Assembly: GCA_905178155.1 (NCBI GenBank)
Contig: CAJINV010000004.1
Location: 4,807,996 to 4,871,995, forward strand
Source: Amoebophrya sp. A120
Taxonomy: Eukaryota > Protista > Dinoflagellata
DNA length: 64,000 nt
Direction: 5' to 3'
Position numbers and translations under genes: made by a program. Under the pieces are notes generated by a model. It saw nothing but the letters and a program-made list of their open reading frames with translations. It was not told the origin of the DNA and searched no databases. This document shows, piece after piece, positions 12,801 to 22,550 of this stretch. Numbering within the stretch: the stretch's first letter is position 1; the number at the start of each line of letters is the position of its first letter.

Positions 12801-13562
12801 GTTTTTGCACTGGATAAACGGATACGGACGCGGAGTTGAGCCTCGCGTGTGAAACCTGTGCGACTTTTCCGAACGTTCAAGCGGCCTTGGTGGGGGACCA
12901 CTGGGCGCACGGCGGGGCGGGCATTCAGGGCGTGGCGGAAGCGGTTCTCAAGTGCGTGGAGGATAGTGGAACAGGCACAACAACTACGTTGAAAACCCTG
13001 TACCCATCGGACCTGCCGCTGGCACAGAAAATCGAGGCCATCGCGCAGAATATTTATCGGGCAAAGGGTGTCATTTTCGCCGATGAAGCCAGGACCGCGC
13101 TGAAGGGAATGCAGGAGAAGGGGTGAGCGCAGCCATATTTAGAGTAGATGGGTGTTCATCTGTTCATTTCATCGAATACACAAGCTGCATGTTGGACAAT
13201 GATGAATCCTGATGTTGATTAGCTTGATCACGATCAGTAACAGTTGTATCTGCTTTCGCTCCTGCGAACTACACTTCATCGCACCGTTCTACCTTTTATA
13301 CGAGTTCACGCACATCATCAACCTCAGATTTGGCCATCTCCCCGTCTGTATCGCGAAAACCCAGTACAGCTTCAGTGACGACGCGAAGAAGGTAAATGCG
13401 GCAATAGACCACGAGCTGCACGTCTCCGAGGTCAGGCTGAACGCCGGGGCAGAGTTTGTCGTGGCGATCTGCGGCGCCATTATGACGATGCCCGGCTTAC
13501 CGGAAACACCCGCGGCGGAAAACATTGGGCTAGTGGATGGGCAAGTGCACGGGCTGTTCTAG
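9838..13562 (+). CDS. fhs: Formate--tetrahydrofolate ligase (FTHFS), 10 exons
   Basis: Diagnostic motifs [103 protein letters not shown] and IMTMPGLP. Interrupted by 7 TAT...ATA elements and 2 GT-AG introns (10975-11164, 13123-13327). Confidence 0.97.
9979..10141. mobile_element. Introner-like element, degenerate family A (163 bp)
   Basis: TAT-cctt-TGCGAAAGT … ACTTTTGCA-atgc-ATA, with decayed duplication GCCCT/GCGCC. Removal of the element plus 5 nt gives [14 protein letters not shown], which matches the FTHFS N-terminus. Confidence 0.8.
10195..10506. mobile_element. Introner-like element, family D (312 bp), TSD CGAGT
   Basis: TATGGAAGCGTCAGGATTGAAATCGTCAAAGTTGAAA … TTTCAACTTTGTCGATTTCAAACCTGGCACTCCCATA, with CGAGT at 10190-10194 and 10507-10511. 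Removal gives [16 protein letters not shown]. Confidence 0.92.
10624..10782. mobile_element. Introner-like element, family E (159 bp), TSD TCATC
   Basis: TATCCACAG … TTTGTATTGCATA ends shared with 42288-42462, with TCATC at 10619-10623 and 10783-10787. The frame is restored into [11 protein letters not shown]. Confidence 0.88.
11229..11435. mobile_element. Eroded introner-like element / non-canonical intron (207 bp)
   Basis: TATG…ATA ends with duplication CGCGC/TGCAC. The conserved FTHFS motif HAITSA|HNLL forces these boundaries and no GT-AG register exists. The TIR is barely recognisable. Confidence 0.75.
11516..11678. mobile_element. Introner-like element, family A (163 bp)
   Basis: TAT-cccc-TGCAAAAGTATCGTACT … AGTACGATGCTTTTGCA-tttc-ATA, with duplication CATTA/CATCA. 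Removal gives [14 protein letters not shown]. Confidence 0.92.
11990..12253. mobile_element. Introner-like element, family H (264 bp)
   Basis: TATGGCGTTCTCAA … TTGAGAGCCCCATA, with duplication CTCCC/CCCCC. Removal gives [15 protein letters not shown]. The left end matches the reverse complement of the right end of 44295-44543. Confidence 0.9.
12619..12816. mobile_element. Introner-like element (198 bp), TSD AACGG
   Basis: TAT-cctg-AGCAAAAAC … GTTTTTGCA-ctgg-ATA, with AACGG at 12614-12618 and 12817-12821. Removal gives NKFPTDTDAE. Confidence 0.9.
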
Positions 13563-14226
13563 CTGGCATTTCCAAAGTGGTGCGAGGCTGCGAGTCAAAA
13601 ATGCAGACGATTTATGTGTATGAAGGAGAAAGTGGATTTAGAGTTTGTTGTCCATTGATGTGAGCTCCTCACTTTTTGCATTTCTGGACGAAACGAATAC
13701 CCCACTGTGAGCAAGTCGACGCCTCCTGATGTCGATTGTCCGCGCGTCGTGTAAGATAGTGAGACTCGTCACGTCGTCGAAGTAAAACAAATGCACATCA
13801 GTAGTTGTAGTTGAAGACACATGAAATTAAAAACGAAACAAACGCTCCCAGCTGGGCCTGTTTGACATCAGCGCCGACGATAACCACTAACGTTCGGCGT
13901 ACATCTCCTGGTAGTACTCTGACTCTCTTCGGCCGTGGCATTTCGGATTCAGGAGTACCAGAGAAAAAACACTCGTCACGCTGGTGGAGTGAATCGAGCG
14001 AGCTACTAAAAAACTGCAATGAAGAAGACTACGGGGAGATGTTGTAGCCCTGTGCTTGTTTCTGGAGGAACCCCCGGAAGATGAAATAGGCCGCTTCTTA
14101 GCACAGAAAGACCACCGCGGTCACAACGTCAAGAATGCACTTGCTCGTCAAATCCCCCACAGCAACTGGATCGAAAACTAGTAATGTAGTACTACAGTGA
14201 GTCCACAGACCTATCTTTGTCTTTCT

Positions 14227-15961
14227 ATGCTTCACCACAATGCCAAGCCCTCTTCTCTCTCCCCGCCGCGGCGCAACGTCATCCGTTGCCGGTTGTGTGG
14301 CGGTGAGTTTCTCCGGGACGGATTTCCTTTTCACGCGAAGAAATGCGCGAAGAAGTTCTTTGTCGACCTGGATCCGGGCGATCCAACAGCCTGGAAAAAG
14401 TGCGCCGTTCTAGTAAACAACAGCAGCACTGAGACTTTGCCGATCCATCGGCATAGAGGAAGAAATTCTTCTAATGGAGAAGCAGCTGCGTTTTCGCCAA
14501 GTGCGGGTACTAGAGATGGTTGTAGCTTCTCGCCGGAGGTGGAAGAGCATGTTGGTGAAGCAGGGGGTGATGGTGCGCAGCTGCCAGACCTCCTCCAGCA
14601 CCGCCCAGATCTTCATGCCGGCGGTGGACTACAAATTGACTGTCAGGGAGCTGCAACAGCAACTGGTGAATCAAATACCGGTATTGTATCATACGAAAAA
14701 AGTGTTTCACTGTAAGGATTTTGCAAGTTGTGCATCACAAGTTCGTTCTACATCACAGGGAAAATTTGCCATGCGAGATTCCTAAGGGAAAACACAGCTA
14801 AAAATCCACTGTCTTGCATGTGTAGCAAGAGAAACATTTCTCGGATACATTTTCATCTGCATTACAAGTTTACAGTGAAACAGTTTTTTCTTGCGATATA
14901 TTGAACCTCTGGAGCAGTGCAGCATTTGCGGTCGGTCCTTCTTCGCGTCACGATTGAAAAAACACGAGGATATTTGTCGCAGGAATCAAGAAAGGCGGCT
15001 GCATCACCAGAACGAGTCATTGCCTCTGGAATCTTCAGGCAGACGGACGGGAGCAGGACTGCACTTCAATAAAAGTAGAAATTCTGCTGGTACTGCACGA
15101 CCTTCAGCGCAACAGATAAAACATTCGCAAAGTGCGGGAAGCCTGCGGGAAAATGTTGACTCACGGCCACCCGGTGGTGGTGCTCCTGGAAAGGATATAC
15201 ATCAACCGCGCCCAAATAGAGACCAGGACCGCACGCACACGACCCATACTTCGAACAACCAGGACCATCGGGAAGATGCTGGGGGCGGCGCTGGGGTACT
15301 AGAACAAGCCCAACTTCTGTCACTACAAGAAGAACGGAACACGCACCAGGCCGAACCACGGCAAAAAGACCACTTGGAACAACGCCAGCACTTGTCTGCT
15401 TCGAGCTCGTCCACCAGGTCTCTGCATCTGGACTACTACAACCAACTCGCGGAACCACATCAAGTACAACTGCCTACTGCCCGTAGAACCGCTTTCAGCA
15501 CCACCAAATTTGGCGCGTTCAGTCCAACTGCGAAGACAAGTACTAAAAGCCTCAATTTCGTCACACGGAGCAGCGCATCCCTGCACGCCAAAGTGGACTT
15601 CGATGGACGAGCGAGACCAAGACGCAGTATTTTGTCCTCAGGCACCAAGGCGGCGCAGCAGCACGCGGCGGAATGGGGGAGAAACGCAGCGGCAATGCAG
15701 GAGGGACTGGGGGGGCGAGGTGGAGGAAATTATGGGTCCTCGTCCATGCTCGGGGGCCCAGGCGGAGGAGGAGGTACTATGAAGACGGAGAAAAGTAGCT
15801 GGTGGAGCGGGAATCCTGTACAGACGTGTTACAAGACCAATTCCTTTCTCACTCAAGGTGCTAGCTTTTTCGCGGAATCCGCTGCAACGGCGCGTTTGAA
15901 CCAGACGAGTCGTGGCACGATAGCACTGCCGGCACGAGTGCCAAATATGAACAAGTCGTGA
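14227..15961 (+). CDS. Zinc finger C2HC-type (zf-C2HC_2 / ZC2HC1-like) protein
   Basis: Two C2HC fingers (CRLCGGEF…FHAKKC and CSICGRSF…KHEDIC), joined in frame by removing element 14687-14898. Confidence 0.8.
14687..14898. mobile_element. Introner-like element, family F (212 bp), TSD TATTG
   Basis: TATCATACGAAAAAAGTGTTTCACTGTAA … TTACAGTGAAACAGTTTTTTCTTGCGATA, with TATTG at 14682-14686 and 14899-14903. Confidence 0.92.
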
Positions 15962-16814
15962 AGTACTAGTACTAGAAGGTCGATATTGTAATTGCCCTTA
16001 CAACTAGTACGCAGGCGACAACTGCAGGCGCCAAAGAAAGATGTTCTGGCAGATTCGTTCTTCATTCTTCGTCGTGCGGAAAATAAGTCCTCAAGAAAAA
16101 GATCTAGCCATCATCATCGAGGTCTAGCAGACGGAAGCAGCGCCGCGGCTCCCTGTCCCTCCATGTCGTGTCAAATCATGACTATCAAGGAAAGAAAGGT
16201 GTGTCGTATGCGGTTTTGCACCTTTCTGGGCTCACGTCTTGAGCAAAACCAAAAGCGACACAATCAAAGAACGACGAGCGTGCTTAATATCTTGATCTAC
16301 AGAACGCGCTCTCTCCTATACCTTGATCATGCTCCTTAGTGAGGAACTGGCTGCGCGCTTATCTTGCAATCGCGAGAAAAATATACGGGAGTGCTAATCA
16401 ACAAGATCAAAACTCTACTACACCGTAGAAAAACCGCTCCCTTCATGATCATCGATGCACCAGTAGATCGTCCTGGGAGTGGGATCTAACTCTTTCTCAG
16501 AGTCAACCGATTGTGATCCCAGCTGATATCTTTTGATTTGGATCTCCGAGCTGTTCTGTTGGTTTGACGTTATATATTTTTTGTCACAGGAGCGTATATA
16601 TGTTGATAGGCGGCACCATTATATGATTATCGATTTCGCTCGTACAAAATGAAAATATGAGCTTTCGCTTTTATTCTGATACCGATACCCACAAAACCTA
16701 GTTATAGTTTTCGTTCCCACCTCGATCTCAGCCGTAGCAGCCATCAAAAATTTTGCGCACGACCTTTCTATCTTTTGAAGATTTGTTTCATCCAGACTCA
16801 CTATATTTTTCAGC

Positions 16815-19800
16815 ATGGGCAGCAATTCGTCGCCACCTTCAGGTGCCGCGGACGGGGTGTTATCGTCGAAACTCGATGACGCCGTGCCCATGCATTTTCC
16901 GTTGACAAAGACCACCCTCCTCAAGCGGCGCAAGTTCTTTATTTACGCCATCGGCAACACGCGCGCGACCAACATTCTCATACGCCATGCGAACCTGCAG
17001 AAGTGCGCGACCTTTGAAACGGGCGCTTGGTGCACGGGAAAGGACGTCACCAGCGAATCTGAAATCGCAACAACAGGCGTGAACACCCGACTGGACCTGG
17101 ACGTGTTATGCCTCGGCTGCGGGGATCTTCGCAATGTACTGTTCTCGCTGGTTGACGCAGATCCCACCAACACCACCCTACGGCTTACCATTAACGACTT
17201 CGATCCCCACGTTCTGGCACGCAACATCCTCATACTCGATTGCATTTACAACGGCATCAACAGTGCGACTGCGCCTGCGGACGAAAGAACCACCGAAAAG
17301 GAAAACAAGAACAGCAAAACCACAACAAAAATGAAGAGCAGCACGCTGTCGGTCGAAGAGCTGCGTACGATCTTTGCGATATGGTTTTCCTTGGGCCTTA
17401 CAGCGACCCAGCGCCGCGCACTGAACAGCAAACTACGGCACCTCATCAAAGAATGGGAAGCGACGGGCTCCTGCGACCACGAGGCTTCCAAAGTAGTACA
17501 TCCAGAAGGTGCCAAGGAAGGAGAAGGGCCTCGTGATTCGTGTGCAATGCAGGAGGGAGAGCCAGCGCCTAGTCCTTGTGGTGTGAAGACCTCGACCAGT
17601 TCGAGTTTCCGTTGGAAAAGACGGGTTACCGGCGGACGCGATGAGAAGGTGCGCATTGTCGAAATCTGGAAGAAATGGTTGCGCTTTTTCAACTGTTGAA
17701 AAAGCGCAACCATTTCTTCCAGATTTCGACAACGACGAAAAATAACTCAAAACACCAAGGGCGTACACGAAAATAACTCAAACACCAAGGGCGTACACTC
17801 CACGTGGACAAACATTCAACAGATGCGCGAAGCCGCTGTGTTGAAAGGCCTAGGTCGGGTGAATGCGGAAGTCCGTAACTTCGCACACAACGCGCCGCAA
17901 GGCTCAGCCCTGAAAACCTTCTTCCGTGGGCGACCTTCTGGTGGTATGCTCAGCGCCTTCCACGTTTTCTCTCTCTCCTCCGGTCTAAAAAGAGTTACCG
18001 AATCGCTTCTCGACGAAAACACGGACTATTTGTGCACAGGCGTCTTTAACCCAAGTTCACTGATCGAAAAGATCGACACGACCACAACTGCCTGGCACGT
18101 GAACCCGACGCTCTTTTGGCGCGAGAGCGCGTTCGATTTGCACTACGGAACAAACCCGATTGACGCCTTCTCGATGGTGAAGCCTGACGGCCGGAGCCAG
18201 CTCACGCAATGCTTCGACGAGTTCCAGACCTGGGTGACGGCAACGCGGGCTCACCGATTAAACGTTGAATGGACGTTCGACTGCCAGAACGCTGTGAATT
18301 TTTGCAGCAGTGTGGGTTTGAAGCGACTGGAAAATTCAATTTCTCCTGGCAGCAATCTAGGAAGAAATTCTGAAGCGGACTCGAAAGAAGCGGAACTCGC
18401 GGACGAACTAGCAGATGCTCGAAAAATGGAATCAATCCAGCGGGGATCTCTGGTGAAAATTTCTGGGTTGGTTTCCCAGGCTCAACACAATGGTTGCGTC
18501 GGTGTGGTCACCACTGAATTTGACGCTGACAGGGGTCGTATCGGAGTCCGTGTTCTCGAGAAGGATGAACTTTGTGACGCAGCAAACCACGACGCAGGAT
18601 TATATTCTTCAGCTGCCATCGAAGCTGGTAAGAGTAGCACATCGGAGTCCTCCTCTTCCAAAATCAAAACCCGGCTGCTCCTTCGTCCTGTCAATCTTGC
18701 GCCCTTTTTGAATTCTTCTGACCAAGCTGACAAAGATTGCGTGCCTGCTTCTCGTTTCGACGTCATTACGAGCTCGAATCTGGCTGATCACATCGGGTTG
18801 CTCACGGTTGTACTCATGACGCGTCCGCTACTCCGCGACTACGGCGTCTTGCTGACCAGCACCTTCGTGCACCGGAGCCAAGGCATGAGCCAGCCAGTGA
18901 TTGGATCAGGGACCTACAGAGAATTTTTCGATGACATGTTACTGAAGATCGATCCGTGCCACTGGGAGAGCATTTTCGGGTTCCGGGCGGTGGGGTTCGA
19001 GCCCGATGTACTCGCTCCACCCCTAGACAAGACAAATTCCGAGCTGGATGTACCCACCATTACGAGAGGTGTTCAGCCGGAAGAGATGCAGAGTGACAGG
19101 CAGGACGCTCATGTAACGTGGATCGCGTGCCCGCGAGCCAACATTCGACATGCAGTGGCCGCGGAGGGCGGTACTCGTGGAGCAGCACTGACAGACAAGA
19201 TTTTTGGGTGTGAAAGTGACACCCTACTTCACCCGGTGCGAGCCTCGGTCACGGTTTTGCTCTCTGGTCGCTTCGCGCTGGACAAAACGGCACTGGAAGC
19301 TGCTCTGCGCAAAAACCCACACTGCACCGAAGTCAAAACTCTTTTCGGGCTCTTGTCGAATCCGTCTAGCCTCTCGTCCCTGAGCCGTGCAGAAGACAAA
19401 AGCGAGGAAGACGAAGTCGTTTTGTGCAAAGTTGCATTGACCACAACAGAGATGAAGCAACATTTCGGGGAAGATAACATCACTCCAACCTTTGGCGTTC
19501 AACTTGGGACATCCAAGATTTTCGGAACATGGGCAGATACCGACGACTCACAGGTGCCGCTGTCAAACATTTTCTTCTTCGCAAGCCGTAGCGACGTCAA
19601 AAAAGCCGGCGGAAACTGCAAGCTATTTTCGATCGCACAACAGAACTTGCTGTTCTTTTCCTTGTTTGGCCAATCGGGATTTTCTGAGCTTCGCTCCGTA
19701 TCCCGGACCGTAGAAATAATCGGCGCGCCCTCGGAGCGCGATGTAGCCACCCTTCGGAAGCACTACGGTCTAGAACCTACACTGGCGGGCTTGACACCGA

Positions 19801-21455
19801 ATAATTCCTGTACGGCCAGTACTACTCCCGGTCTGTTCACGTTCACCATCGCAGAAGAAACTACGAAAAGCCTCCACTTGCGCTATTGTGCACAATGTCC
19901 GCAGGTCTTTCGCGAGGCCCTTGTCGTAAAAGTAGCAGCACTAAGTTCTACTCGGCTTCAAGTGAAGGTGCGCATTCATCCCACGATGAATGGGGCTGCA
20001 GGTGAAACAGTAGAAGCAGCCGAGATCAACCACGATGTGCAGTTTGCCTGCCCCGTGTCCGCGGACGGTTGGTGGTCGGCCAAGGACGGCACATTTATTG
20101 TGAAGAAGGTTCCGCATTCGTTCTTTTCGTCCGCGCGACGGATCTTTACGGCGAACATGTTTGTCCCCGAAGACGGTAGAGTTTTTTGTGCCTCCATGTT
20201 GCGATGCGTGGGCGGTATGCTGTTCTCGACGACGGAAAGGGCGCAGCGGGAGGACTTCGAACAGCAGCGTACTAGAAGTGCGATAACGAGTCCGCGCAAG
20301 AAAAAGCCGGTTCTGCTGCGCATGAAAGACGTCTGCATGACTTTGCTACAGTTCTCGGACGAAAAGGTCCACGCGATCTTCGACCACGCGGGTTGCGTTT
20401 GCATCGTCTTCCACCACGGCCTCGTGATGAATCGGCAGTCGGGACTGCCCTTTGTCGATGTTTCTGTCTGCATGCTCCGCCAATCCTGGGCTACTGTAGC
20501 AGTTACCGCTGTCCGTCCGGAACTGATGCACGGTTGCCCTCAGCACACACTGTCCGAAGAGGAGTATGCCTTCTTCTGTAACTGGTGTCGGTATTCCATC
20601 GCGTCTTGCACACCTTCCATGGCCGCCGAGCACCCGGAGCTGCGCAGCCTCGTCAGCTGTGGCAAAAAGGCCGCCTGGGTCCGCCAGCGTTGCGTGCGCG
20701 TCCTTCTCGGTCCCCTGTTTCCCTCCATGAACTCAATCGACTCGTCGCGCGACCACCTCGACATGGATGCTCCTCACCGCGAACTTCCACAGGAACAAGA
20801 CGACAGCTTTGCAAAATTCGCGAGCAAGCTGATAGGCAACAGCAAAAAGAAGCCGGCGGACATCAAGGCTGCAGCACCAAGCGGATCCTCTGTGGCCGAT
20901 TTCAAAGCGAAGGGCAACCACTTTTACCAGAAGTCGTACTTCACCGACGCGGCGGACCAGTTTCACGCGGGGGAGGAGTGCTTCTCCAAAATTGCCAATC
21001 CTACCTTTGCGGAGGTCTTCGATGGAGTTGCGTGCTCTGCGAACGCCGCCAGCGCTTACCTCCGGGGCAACGCTTACATCGGGAAGAGCGAAGTGAAGCC
21101 GAGCACCACGACACTGGGAACTACAACCGGATCGGGAACTAAGCCGCCCCCGAGAATGAATATTACGATGTTCGACATGAAGGCCCACACAGCGGCAACC
21201 ACGGCAATCGACACCGCCGACAAGTACTTGAAACTCTGGGCCGCGAACTCGCCAGCGACTTCGCCGGCGCAAAAGGATGTTCTCCGGCTCGAAGCTCTCA
21301 AAATCAAAGCACTGTTCCGCCGAGGGCAGGCGACGCTCGGAATGAAAGAAGCCGTGACCGATTTAACGCTGGCCAATGAGCTTGGGCACGGGGAGGACGC
21401 GAAGGTCCGGGACATGCTCCGGCTCGCCGAAGAAATGCTGGAGGTCAAGAAGTAA
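16815..21455 (+). CDS. DUF4470-like + SH3-like + C-terminal TPR protein, interrupted at ~17650-17820
   Basis: YAIGNT…LCLGCGDLRNVL…INDFDPHVLARNILIL is DUF4470-like, FDVITSSNLADHIGLL follows, and KAKGNHFY…KALFRRGQA is TPR-like. ORFs 16815-17699 and 17823-21455 are in the same frame, separated by a palindrome and a duplication. Confidence 0.75.
17656..17732. repeat. Perfect 38-bp-arm palindrome (fold-back of exon sequence)
   Basis: TTGTCGAAATCTGGAAGAAATGGTTGCGCTTTTTCAAC, a single T, then the exact reverse complement. Confidence 0.95.
17735..17796 (+). repeat. Tandem duplication of ~30-32 bp
   Basis: ACGAAAAATAACTCAAAACACCAAGGGCGTAC followed by ACGAAAATAACTCAAACACCAAGGGCGTAC. Confidence 0.9.
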
Positions 21456-22550
21456 ACGACGCTCACACAGACGCAGACTGCAACGCTCAACACTAATCCC
21501 ACTGGCTCCTGAAGCAACACTTTGCAACTACTTATCAGGAATGGTTCTATCAATCTCAGGTTCATTCAACATTTAGTCAATACCTCCATGATGATCACAT
21601 CATGGAGGATCCATGTACATTCTTTTGGACCGACCCCCATTCGTTTATGATATTTCTTTCGACAAGAGCCGAGCGCCACTTTGCTTCTACCTTCCTATCT
21701 CAGATGCGGAAAAGTACAAGTACGTACCGAATCTACTAATTGTACCTGGCACAACTCATCCTCATTCTCACTAAAAAAGTACGACTCTTCGATAAAACGT
21801 TCAAATTTTTGAGCCTCATTCTCACATTCATCTCATTTTGATATTAAAATTAACAGACCTATTCTGTTTATGGTCGGCATCAAGAATAACACCCTTTCGT
21901 TTCTGCCTCCCGCACTCATTTTTCATAGGGAAAGTACTAGGACATGCAGTATCTACTACCGGGCACAACTGATCATGATGATGATCCTCATTCTTACAAA
22001 AACCGATTTCGAACTGTTCAAATTGTTGAGCCTCATTCTTATATTAGGGAAGGTGGAAATAATGTGGTATTTCAGGAAGATTAAGATACAATTTTCTGTA
22101 ATGACCGAACAACAAGAATGTAGGTCATCTAGTAGCTGTTTTGTCTGTTCTCTTTTGCAACATTAATGTACAGCAAGCGAGTGGTTGTTGCTCCATGACC
22201 ATGTTCCCAAAGGATGGATGAGCAAGATCAATTGCAATGCAAAGCCTATGAGAAATCTTTTGCTGGTTACGAAGAAGTTCTCCTTGTGTCATAGTCATTT
22301 TTGACACCAGCATCGGACCACCGACTGACAGGGGTACCACCTTTGTGCCAGGAGAAATAATTTTACAAGTACAACACAGATGATCATTTATCCAGTAGGT
22401 ACTACCTTTTTACCGGTCATAATCTGTTGCGCATTGTCGTTGTCCTTTTTCGCTACGTTGTTGTCTTTTAGTTATTGGTTGTCCTACAAGCTTCATCTTT
22501 ACTCTGCTTCGTCGTAGCTTCGTCTTTTCTATTTGAAAAGCTTCGATAAA

